Source: Epithemia pelagica | Lineage: Eukaryota > Protista > Bacillariophyta | Reading direction: 5' to 3' | Assembly (NCBI GenBank): GCA_946965045.2 | Contig: OX337229.1 | Location: forward strand, 2,604,001 to 2,668,000 | DNA: 64,000 bases | Shown here: positions 48,402-57,261 of the stretch, in pieces | Numbering within the stretch: the stretch's first letter is position 1 | Layout of the letters: each line of letters starts with the position of its first letter | Translations under genes and position numbers: made by a program | Notes under the pieces: model-generated | Database searches by the model: none | What the model was told of the DNA's origin: nothing | Seen by the model: only the letters and a program-made list of their open reading frames with translations

Positions 48402-48593
48402 GTTTTCTTTTTTCGCTCCCTGTCGACCGTGCCAACCACTCTTCCGTCTTGTGTTCTTCTTTTTTCACTATGAAGTTTGATTGGGTCGGGACTTCGGAAT
48501 CCTCGCCCTCTGTGGGGTCGTCAGGTGAGTCTGTTAGTGTTGCGACCGGGGGGGGGTGTCCTGCGTTCGGGACCTCTCTACGGTATCCTTCGG

Positions 48594-50825
48594 ATGGATG
48601 AATCCGAGTTTGTGGGCTTATGTCGGGGTGTAATTGGGTCGGGGCAGCGTATCTGTCTACGTCAGGATTGTACTATTGCCTCCCATACTTCGAAGAAGAT
48701 GACCTGGATGGCGTTAGCAGGGGAGGAATCCCATTGCCTTTTCATTCGGGGCGCAGCTGGAAGCGACGCTGATTCTTCAAGCACCATGTTCTCCTCTCCG
48801 GTTCTTCCCGGTTCATACATTCAAGATGCGGAATGGTCCGAACTCGAAACATCCCCAAGAAGCCTCGAAAGTTGGCAGGCCACATTCTCGGCAATTCGTG
48901 ATACCTTCATATCTTCAGGACGGGATGCAATCGATGGACGAACGGTCGCGGATCTCCTTGAGACCACTAAATCCGAAATCAAGTTTGTCTTTACTCCGGC
49001 TCGTAAGAAGGTCAAGCTGGCTCCGATTCAGGACAACGAGATGGATGGTGATCGTAAGCTGTCTCCTTCGTCTTCGATGGAATCGTCCGTGTCCACTTCA
49101 TCTTTATCATTCGTGAAGGTTCCACATGAGCTTGGGACGCAGCCTACGTCTGCGTTTAAAAATCTCTCTCAAGGAGCTTGGAAGGATCTGCTCTCAAACG
49201 TGGCCGTACTGAAGGGTGCTGTCGAGGAAGAGCAATCAAAGCGACGCGGTGCCCATTCACGAGTCGATGAACAGTTGGACGAGATACATGTTAAGTTATC
49301 AGTCCTTCACGAGCTGCTGGGTGAAAGACCGGCTGCTTTTGGTACACTGTCGGCGTTTGGTCTGCTGGGACAATTATCCGAGACGGTGGAGTCCATGGTT
49401 CAGACTGTGGTGGACATCAAACAGAGGGAAGCATCGGCGAGTATCCACCCCGAGGTCAATCAACGTCTCCTTGTTTTGGAAGATCATGTCGACGATTTCT
49501 CGAGCGAAGTGGACAAGCTTTGTCGGAAGCAGATCGAACAGTTCTTCACGAGTGGTGATTTCCGCAATCATTTCATTGACCCGACCATGAAACTGCTCTC
49601 GAGATCATCGTTGACAACAATGGACCCAGGTGGCAAGTGGGATGGAGAGTTGTCGGATTTGAAGACGCGGGTAGCCACCCTCGAAAGCGTTGGACCAACA
49701 GGAACTCCGTCTACGTCAACAATGGGTCAGGTGCCCATGTTTGCCTGGGGAGCAGGTGCCGGTCGACCTGTGGTTGCTTCTCCGCCGACAACAATACAAA
49801 GTGGTACTGGTTCTGCCTCGTCAGCTGCCCTGGTTGCGCTGCAAGAAGAAGTGAAGCAGCTGAAAGCAGACGTGAAGGATTTGCAGGATCAGGCCGAATC
49901 CGATGCCATTATCGTTGGCTCTATCGTTTTTGCCTCTCGTAAATTTTGTGATGCATGGCTGGTGTTGCATGGAGCGGATGGCGATCCACACGTTTTCGTT
50001 GACGCGGTTTCCCTCCTGTCATTGGCGACGTCGGATGCTAGCCTCGACGAAGGCCATGCCGCCAATCAGCGGGCGACGACGGCCAAGGTCAAGGACAAGA
50101 CGCCCTACCACACGGCCTTCATCGCTTCATTCAACCTAGAAGTGCCGCCGCTACTGGGTAAGGGTAGCGATTCATCGCTCACAACAAATTCTCGAGCCCT
50201 AGCTGGTGTACCTAAGTTTGTGGATTTCCACCCTCCTTCTGGAAGGGAGGGAATCCACCAACGAATCTTGGACTATGTTAAAGATGGCCGGAAAACCATC
50301 GAACAGGCCATTGGCGAGTTGTTTGGGTTCGGATCCGAACCATCCAGTGTGGCCAAGGAACTATTGCTATTAAGCAAAACGTTCTGGGATGACCTATGCC
50401 ACTGGATGGTGAGGTATCACCGAGAGGTAAAAGAAGAAAGTGATGCGAGTGAGCACGAAGTTTGGGTGCTAATATCTCACTGCGTGAGAGCAGTGTTTAA
50501 GAGTCTACGGGATGCGCGGGCACCTGGACGAGCAACCAATACGGCTGGAGGTATGCTTTGGGGCACCCTACGAGCCCATGAGGTGATGCGGGAATACAGA
50601 GCTCATGAGTTTAGTGGGCATCCGAAGATAGCTCTCATTCTCCATGAGCATCTGATCAGGTTTTCAACTCCTCGTTCCAAATTTGATTCTCTTCAGTTGG
50701 AGTTCACCGAGCGATTGGAAAAAGTTCAACGCTCGATCAATCAAGCGGTTGCGTCTGTCAATAAAAAGAGTGGTGGAAACAATAAATCGTCCACTGGATT
50801 GGAAGCGAAAACCAAGGGAGGTTGA
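48594..50825 (+). CDS. YR-retrotransposon ORF1 (Gag-like)
   Basis: First in-frame ATG at 48594. N-terminal CRG...C....C...H motif and coiled-coil segments. Ends in TGA in frame with ORF2. Confidence 0.85.
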   Translation: MDESEFVGLCRGVIGSGQRICLRQDCTIASHTSKKMTWMALAGEESHCLFIRGAAGSDADSSSTMFSSPVLPGSYIQDAEWSELETSPRSLESWQATFSAIRDTFISSGRDAIDGRTVADLLETTKSEIKFVFTPARKKVKLAPIQDNEMDGDRKLSPSSSMESSVSTSSLSFVKVPHELGTQPTSAFKNLSQGAWKDLLSNVAVLKGAVEEEQSKRRGAHSRVDEQLDEIHVKLSVLHELLGERPAAFGTLSAFGLLGQLSETVESMVQTVVDIKQREASASIHPEVNQRLLVLEDHVDDFSSEVDKLCRKQIEQFFTSGDFRNHFIDPTMKLLSRSSLTTMDPGGKWDGELSDLKTRVATLESVGPTGTPSTSTMGQVPMFAWGAGAGRPVVASPPTTIQSGTGSASSAALVALQEEVKQLKADVKDLQDQAESDAIIVGSIVFASRKFCDAWLVLHGADGDPHVFVDAVSLLSLATSDASLDEGHAANQRATTAKVKDKTPYHTAFIASFNLEVPPLLGKGSDSSLTTNSRALAGVPKFVDFHPPSGREGIHQRILDYVKDGRKTIEQAIGELFGFGSEPSSVAKELLLLSKTFWDDLCHWMVRYHREVKEESDASEHEVWVLISHCVRAVFKSLRDARAPGRATNTAGGMLWGTLRAHEVMREYRAHEFSGHPKIALILHEHLIRFSTPRSKFDSLQLEFTERLEKVQRSINQAVASVNKKSGGNNKSSTGLEAKTKGG

Positions 50826-53800
50826 CAAGCGACGCCGGCCATCGACTCGTCTACCATTTCGGGGAGAAAGCGAAAGAAAATAGAACAGTCCCTCCCATCG
50901 AACTCTCCTTCACCCACTGCCTCTCCCTTCAGCGATAAAAATAGCGAAGATAAGATAGCGATAATGAAATCATCTCCATCAACGATCTGTGATGCTGGTG
51001 TTTTGGAGAAGAAACCAGGAGTATTCAAGGCAGGCGCAGGAAAACAAAAGATTGGAATAGTATGCCGCACCATCCCGTTCTGGTTCTGGGCCGTGTCAAC
51101 CCTGGGATCTGTAATTTGGATTGACAGGACAGGTGAACACGATGAATCGATCAACGAGACCGCATCGGAACAATGGACTCACCTGCTCGTGCGAAAGAAA
51201 CCACGAACGGTGGGAACCAAGCGAAGTTCAAATGGAAAGGCGAAACCGGTTTGGCAAAACAAAATGGAACCGAAGCAAGACGATGAAGGACATTGGAACG
51301 AAGCCGATACGGTGTTTTTCGATGATGTCTCCCCAGGCCCACAGCACCCAGTTTGGACGGCACATGCTGGACCCAAGTTTGTCATCTGGTGGAAAAGCAG
51401 AGCGTCCGCAGGTCCTCCTCCATCACTTGATTCATGGAAGACGGCCAAACTGAGGTTGGATCATGGAATCCTGGGAGGCGTCACTACCAATGTGGATTGG
51501 ATGTTCATATCGACGAAGTTGTGCTCAAGGAACGACACCAGTCGTTCGTTAGAAGAATGGTGGCAGGGATCGATTGAGCCAGGTCTGTCATCCACTACAG
51601 TTCGAGGCATCATTGACCCCACGTTGCATGGTCGAGTAAAGGCAAAAGTTGTTGGAGCCGATGGTTTGCTTGATAGAAAATTGAATTGGAAAGTTGACAG
51701 ATGGCAGGACCATACGCTGCCCAGTGTCTTTTCTCCCACGGGGCTTGTAACACGCAAGTTAGGAATACGGGAGTTGGCTTTGGCTCTGGACTTTCCCGCT
51801 GTGTTAAGCAAGCAAGCAAGAGATAGCGAACTACGGAACTGGGTATCCAAAATTGGTCCACCATTCAAAACACGGATTCAGGTGGTGCACTTACTTCGAA
51901 GATATTCAGAAGGATACGAACAAAAAGCACCAACTTCTGAAAGCAAGTCTGAAACGAACTCAAGAGAAACGTTGGGCGACTATGGAATGAAGGAGGACGA
52001 CGGCGAGGTTGTATCTCCCGACGACATGGATCCAACGTTGATTGTAGTATCGAATTCGGAGGAAAGAGAAGAAGATAGAAACTTAAAAGCCACCAAGTCT
52101 GATGACGCTTCGATTCCATTCCATTTGTGGAATGATCGAATTTTGAGCATCTTTCAATTCGAAACGGCACCGGAGGTTGAGAAGGCAATCAACGCATTAG
52201 ACAGCATTCGCAAGGGAGCGCTGCGCTATTGGAAGAGGTTGGTGGCACAAGATTTTTGGACGTGGTGGCGACTCCATTATAAAAAGATGGAGGACAAGGA
52301 AAGAAAATCCACAATTGAATCCGGTTTGAGTGCTCTCCGACACTCAGCCCTGGCATCCTGGTGGGACTGGGATGCTGGATCTTCCCCTTTTTTCTGGAGG
52401 ATGCCGGATTTGTCCTGGATGAAGGAGATGCGGGACGGAGTGAAACCAATGTGGACAGGTCCGCCTCCACGATACCGAATCCCTCAACGCCAAAACCCAG
52501 ACCCCGTGAGTTTGAGTTTAGAAAAGAAGAAAATCGGAAAAGTGAGAAAAAGAGGATACATCGCTCCTCGTGCAGGGATTCTATCACTTACAAGTTTCTT
52601 TTCGGTCCCAAAAGGGACTGATGATATAAGGATGGTGTATGATGGCACGAAGAGCGGATTGAACCACGTGTTACACGCTCCATGGTTTGGGTTGGCAACA
52701 GTCGACACCATGCTGAGGACCGTGGAAGCTTGCACGTGGTCAGCGGACAATGATTTCGGGGAGATGTTCCTAAACTTTTGGATACACCCCGAAATCCGAA
52801 AGTACACGGGTGTGGATTTGACCACCCTGTTTCCAGAAGAACCGGGAGACGAAAACGGCGCGAAGGGAAAGCGAAAATGGGAAACTTGGGTCCGCTGTGC
52901 AATGGGAGTTACTGTCTCCCCATACCAAACGACTCAATGCTCACAAAGAGTCAAGCGAATTGTTTTTGGTTGTCGAACGGATCCGAATAATATCTTTCGT
53001 TGGACCGAAGTGCGTTTGAATCTTCCAGGAAATGAAGACTACGACCCATCCAAGCCGTGGATATGCAAGCTCCGAGAAGATGGTCGAATTGCAATCGATG
53101 TCCACACATACGTAGACGATCTTAGAGAAACTGCGCCAACTCAAGAAGAAGCCTGGCTAGCCGCGAGCGCTATGGCCAAGGGATCATCTTACTTTGGACT
53201 GCAAGACGCGGCGCGAAAACGGAGACCACCAAGTCGCTCGCCAGGAGCATGGGCAGGAGCGGTTGTGGAAACAACGGACGATGCCATATACAAGACAGTC
53301 TCCCAAGAACGTTGGGATAAGACTCGAAAACACATAAGCACACTTCGAGAGTGGGCTAAATCTGAAAAAGAAATCGATCGAAAAGAGTTAGAAAGTATAA
53401 GAGGCTTCCTTGTGTACGTATCCTTGACTTACCAAAGTCTCGTGCCGTACCTAAAGGGAGTCCACCTAACTCTCGAATCATGGAGACCGGACAGGGATGA
53501 GGATGGATGGAAGATGAGGACGAAGGAACGCGATGAGTTGCTGAACAACGAAGATGTAAGAGAAATCATCCAAGGACCGCCCCCCAAAACAGTAAGAAAG
53601 GCCAGACGATTCGAAGACGACGTAAAGGCCATGGTCGAATTGACGGCAGCAGAACAGCCTCCAAGATTGTTGGCAAGACCAAAGAAGGGAGCGAGTGTTG
53701 TAATCATATTTGGGGATGCGTCGGGTGAAGGGTTCGGATCCTCACTTTGGATGTATGGCTCAGGTGACGTTGAAACCGAGCATGGATTATGGACGCGTGA

Positions 53801-54641
53801 ATACGGAGCACGCTCATCCAATTTCAGGGAGCTTTATAACCTGATATTACGATTGGAATCGTTGGTGTCAGGAGGAAGACTGAAACAAGGAACTGAAGTT
53901 TTCATGTTTACTGACAACGCGACAGCGGAGGCTGCCTTTTATCGAGGTACATCCTCCACGAGATTACTGTTTGAATTGGTATTAAGAGCAAGAAAGTTAG
54001 AGATGAATGGAAGCATCTTCATGCGAGTGGTCTGGGTGGCAGGCACTCGCATGATATCACAAGGCACGGACGGACTGTCTCGAGGAGACTTAATGACAGG
54101 AGTCATGTCCGGAAATTCGATGCTCTTTTACGTACCTCTGAATAAATCATGCGAGGAGCGACAACCGGGTGTGGTTGAATGGCTCATCAATACCCATGGT
54201 GGAGGATTCTGGAAATTCCTGGACCCACAGGATTGGTACGACAAAGGTTTCGAACGAGGAAGATTCGTCTGGGCACCACCGCCCGCAATAGCTGACGTCG
54301 CAGTGGATCTCCTTTGCGACTCAAATCATATACGCCCCGACAACGCCCACATCTTTGTTTGCCCAGCACTTATGAGTAATCGATGGAGAAAGAAACTGGG
54401 AAAGGTCGCAGACTTTGTTTTTACCATCCCGGTTGATTGTGCAATTTGGAGTAAAGAACAACATGAACCACTAATAGCTGCGTTTGTTTGCCCCCATTTA
54501 TCTCGCAGGCCATGGCAAGTATCCAAAGCAAACAGGATACTGGATGAAGCAAGAGCTGACGTGTCTGAAATGTGGGCATCCAGTCCACCCCATGATGGGC
54601 GTTGTTTGCGCAAATTATGGCTGTACCCGGGGTACGAGTAA
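50826..54641 (+). CDS. YR-retrotransposon ORF2 (Pol: N-terminal extension, reverse transcriptase, RNase H, MT-like C-terminus)
   Basis: RT: FFSVPKG...RMVYDGT, DNDFGEMFLNF, MGVTVSP, TYVDD. RNase H: FGDASG, NFREL, FTDN, DGLSRG. C-terminal FVWAPPP. The frame is open from 50826; first ATG at 50964. Confidence 0.95.
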   Translation, partial: QATPAIDSSTISGRKRKKIEQSLPSNSPSPTASPFSDKNSEDKIAIMKSSPSTICDAGVLEKKPGVFKAGAGKQKIGIVCRTIPFWFWAVSTLGSVIWIDRTGEHDESINETASEQWTHLLVRKKPRTVGTKRSSNGKAKPVWQNKMEPKQDDEGHWNEADTVFFDDVSPGPQHPVWTAHAGPKFVIWWKSRASAGPPPSLDSWKTAKLRLDHGILGGVTTNVDWMFISTKLCSRNDTSRSLEEWWQGSIEPGLSSTTVRGIIDPTLHGRVKAKVVGADGLLDRKLNWKVDRWQDHTLPSVFSPTGLVTRKLGIRELALALDFPAVLSKQARDSELRNWVSKIGPPFKTRIQVVHLLRRYSEGYEQKAPTSESKSETNSRETLGDYGMKEDDGEVVSPDDMDPTLIVVSNSEEREEDRNLKATKSDDASIPFHLWNDRILSIFQFETAPEVEKAINALDSIRKGALRYWKRLVAQDFWTWWRLHYKKMEDKERKSTIESGLSALRHSALASWWDWDAGSSPFFWRMPDLSWMKEMRDGVKPMWTGPPPRYRIPQRQNPDPVSLSLEKKKIGKVRKRGYIAPRAGILSLTSFFSVPKGTDDIRMVYDGTKSGLNHVLHAPWFGLATVDTMLRTVEACTWSADNDFGEMFLNFWIHPEIRKYTGVDLTTLFPEEPGDENGAKGKRKWETWVRCAMGVTVSPYQTTQCSQRVKRIVFGCRTDPNNIFRWTEVRLNLPGNEDYDPSKPWICKLREDGRIAIDVHTYVDDLRETAPTQEEAWLAASAMAKGSSYFGLQDAARKRRPPSRSPGAWAGAVVETTDDAIYKTVSQERWDKTRKHISTLREWAKSEKEIDRKELESIRGFLVYVSLTYQSLVPYLKGVHLTLESWRPDRDEDGWKMRTKERDELLNNEDVREIIQGPPPKTVRKARRFEDDVKAMVELTAAEQPPRLLARPKKGASVVIIFGDASGEGFGSSLWMYGSGDVETEHGLWTREYGARSSNFRELYNLILRLESLVSGGRLKQGTEVFMFTDNATAEAAFYRGTSSTRLLFELVLRARKLEMNGSIFMRVVWVAGTRMISQGTDGLSRGDLMTGVMSGNSMLFYVPLNKSCEERQPGVVEWLINTHGGGFWKFLDPQDWYDKGFERGRFVWAPPPAIADVAVDLLCDSNHIRPDNAHIFVCPALMSNRWRKKLGKVADFVFTIPVDCAIWSKEQHEPLIAAFVCPHLSRRPWQVSKANRILDEARADVSEMWASSPPHDGRCLRKLWLYPGYE

Positions 54642-56052
54642 AATGTGCGTCAGCGCTTGGCACGCTGGATGTTATCGCCAAGATGAACAAGACAGATTTC
54701 CAATCTTGGAAGCCGGCGATTTAGACGATGCCTTGTTGGATAGCGAGGGTCATGGCGGGATGGAAGATGATGAAAATCGCTTCCAGGAAGCAAGGGACGG
54801 GGACCACCTAATGTGCCCTTTTCAGTGTGATTCCTGTACCTTCTATAACTTGAAGGGGCGATACGAGAGAGCGGATTCAGAACAAGATAAGTTGTTGGGT
54901 GTTTGCATCCGAAGAGCGATCCTGGACTCGTTTTGGGCGAGAGAGAGATCGACGGTTGAGAAGAACAATAGAGAAATGAAGAATCTGCGAATCTTGGGCG
55001 AGACAATCGGTCTTGATGAACCACTACCAGAGCGCGGGCCATTCCCAATCGGAGACACGCAAGGAGTCGGAATCGCAAGTTTGATGCTGATGAAGACGTT
55101 AAGCGTCGGAAGAAACGCCAAGCACATTCAATATGAAACCGCGAGAAAAGTAAGGTCGGTGGTTTCGAACTTTGCCCATACATTGCCGGGATACTCTGGA
55201 TTATCGACCATGGGAGCAAGCGATCGGTCCTCGTTGACATTTACGGCCAGCCCTACAAACAGCCTGTGGTTTAAACGTTTCATGACTGGATGTCACCGCC
55301 GTATGGGTGATGTCTGGATACCAGATCGAGCAGTCACGTTAGAGGAAGTCCATTGCGGCTTGGAAATCTTAGAGGGGGAATGGAAGAAATCGCCTCAAGG
55401 ACAACGACGACTGGAACTGGCACTCACCGGCGCTTTAGTGGTAATCGGGTTTTGCGCAGCGTTAAGGGGGGAAGAAATTCCACAAGTGGATGTTGGATTG
55501 TTGCGAAAATACTGGATGGAGGGAGTCAACTACACACCGGCCCCGCACATACCACTGTCACTCGCAGGACGATTTAAACAGACCGATGGTACTTTTCGAC
55601 TGTACATCCAGCCGCTCGCAATAAGGACAGGCTCGGGCATCGAGATACGGATTTGGATCGGGCGGGCCATAAAGGAACTTGAACTGAGAAAAGTAACAAA
55701 CGGCCCAATGTTTCGCCGAGTCGACAAGGGAGGAAAAGCCAAACGAGCTCTCGTGGGCGACCTGGATTACCTGTTCCATAATTTATGGAAGCGCATCCAG
55801 CACAGAAGGCCTGACTTGATCCCGGACAATACCAAGATAGAGGAAGCGTTCAGCGCGAGACGGTCCTTCCGACGAGGAGCGACCACTACCGCTCAGAACC
55901 GAAAGATCAAAACTGAGATTATCGAAATGAACAATCGGTGGCGCAAACACATCAGGAGCCGGGGTGTGTTGCCTGGAATGAGCATGTTGGAACGATACTC
56001 CGATGCAAAGACCGCCGTGGAAGCACTGATACAATTTTCGGCAGGTTTGTAA
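54544..56052 (+). CDS. YR-retrotransposon ORF3 (tyrosine recombinase with Cys/His-rich N-terminus)
   Basis: Catalytic-type residues in ALRGEE, SFRRGATT, NNRW, ERYSD. Overlaps the ORF2 3' end by about 100 bp. Confidence 0.93.
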   Translation: MKQELTCLKCGHPVHPMMGVVCANYGCTRGTSKMCVSAWHAGCYRQDEQDRFPILEAGDLDDALLDSEGHGGMEDDENRFQEARDGDHLMCPFQCDSCTFYNLKGRYERADSEQDKLLGVCIRRAILDSFWARERSTVEKNNREMKNLRILGETIGLDEPLPERGPFPIGDTQGVGIASLMLMKTLSVGRNAKHIQYETARKVRSVVSNFAHTLPGYSGLSTMGASDRSSLTFTASPTNSLWFKRFMTGCHRRMGDVWIPDRAVTLEEVHCGLEILEGEWKKSPQGQRRLELALTGALVVIGFCAALRGEEIPQVDVGLLRKYWMEGVNYTPAPHIPLSLAGRFKQTDGTFRLYIQPLAIRTGSGIEIRIWIGRAIKELELRKVTNGPMFRRVDKGGKAKRALVGDLDYLFHNLWKRIQHRRPDLIPDNTKIEEAFSARRSFRRGATTTAQNRKIKTEIIEMNNRWRKHIRSRGVLPGMSMLERYSDAKTAVEALIQFSAGL

Positions 56053-56152
56053 ATGGGAATCAGGGCAGAAAGAGATCAAGGACAACGAGAAGCGGCGAAG
56101 CAAGAGAGTTGAGGACAAGAAAGAATGAAGAAGCGCATGCATAACCGAAACG

Positions 56153-56584
56153 GGGGAATTGGCTCGTCACTACTCTTCCGAGTTGGGACTAGCTCGCTTG
56201 TCGTTGCCAGCTTGCCTGATGAAAATCAAGAATGAAATCCTCCAAACGTTGACCATGGCTTGGCAGCCTATGGAAGATACGGCAGAGCACTTGTGAAGAT
56301 ATTTCGAGGTGTCTCTGGCTCCGCACTGGGGTTTGGATTGGGATGGATACTTGGTTGGCGTCACACTCGCGCGTAACGGACAGACTGCGTCGGGATCCGA
56401 GTCCCGCCACGTCTGGAGCGAATCACGATTCTCGCCCACCTTGGGAAAGGAGGGTGGAGGGCATAGCCCCCCCAGAGTATTGGTATGCATAGTAATATAT
56501 ATGTTGTATCTATTTGGAAGTGAGTCTCGTGAAGAGATTGTTGAGAGAGCACGTCCGTTGGATGAGAAGCGAGGAACTAGTACC
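56153..56584 (+). repeat. Split direct repeat B1 (432 bp)
   Basis: Identical by eye to 56830-57261. Confidence 0.95.
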
Positions 56585-56812
56585 GCACCGTACCCCAAAG
56601 GTCAAGAAGGGACCGACGGACGAACGACGAAGAAGAATGACGTTGTCACTCAACAAGATCTCATCTCCACGTCAGGATTGGTTGGGTGAAGTTGCAAGAT
56701 ACTTCCCCAACCAATCTCTACGGACAAAAGAATTCATAAGTTCACGAAAGGAAGTAACTGCAGTGAATACACGGATCTGATCACCCAGTGTTTTGTTGTG
56801 GTTTTTCTTTTT
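56585..56812 (+). repeat. Split direct repeat A2 (228 bp)
   Basis: Identical to A1. Confidence 0.95.
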
Positions 56813-56829
56813 GGCCCACCCACCCGCCC

Positions 56830-57261
56830 GGGGAATTGGCTCGTCACTACTCTTCCGAGTTGGGACTAGCTCGCTTGTCGTTGCCAGCTTGCCTGATGAA
56901 AATCAAGAATGAAATCCTCCAAACGTTGACCATGGCTTGGCAGCCTATGGAAGATACGGCAGAGCACTTGTGAAGATATTTCGAGGTGTCTCTGGCTCCG
57001 CACTGGGGTTTGGATTGGGATGGATACTTGGTTGGCGTCACACTCGCGCGTAACGGACAGACTGCGTCGGGATCCGAGTCCCGCCACGTCTGGAGCGAAT
57101 CACGATTCTCGCCCACCTTGGGAAAGGAGGGTGGAGGGCATAGCCCCCCCAGAGTATTGGTATGCATAGTAATATATATGTTGTATCTATTTGGAAGTGA
57201 GTCTCGTGAAGAGATTGTTGAGAGAGCACGTCCGTTGGATGAGAAGCGAGGAACTAGTACC
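56830..57261 (+). repeat. Split direct repeat B2 (432 bp)
   Basis: Identical to B1; forms the right end of the element. Confidence 0.95.

Larger units (their letters stand above)
48174..57261 (+). mobile_element. Tyrosine-recombinase (DIRS order; Ngaro/PAT-type split direct repeat) retrotransposon, apparently intact
   Basis: A1 (48174-48401) - gag - RT/RH - YR - B1 (56153-56584) - A2 (56585-56812) - 17-bp spacer - B2 (56830-57261). The repeats are identical by eye and there is no TSD. Confidence 0.95.

Noticed and set aside
48174-57261. DIRS1-type structure (inverted terminal repeats + ICR)
   Set aside because: All terminal repeats are direct (A1...B1A2B2); no inverted termini were seen.
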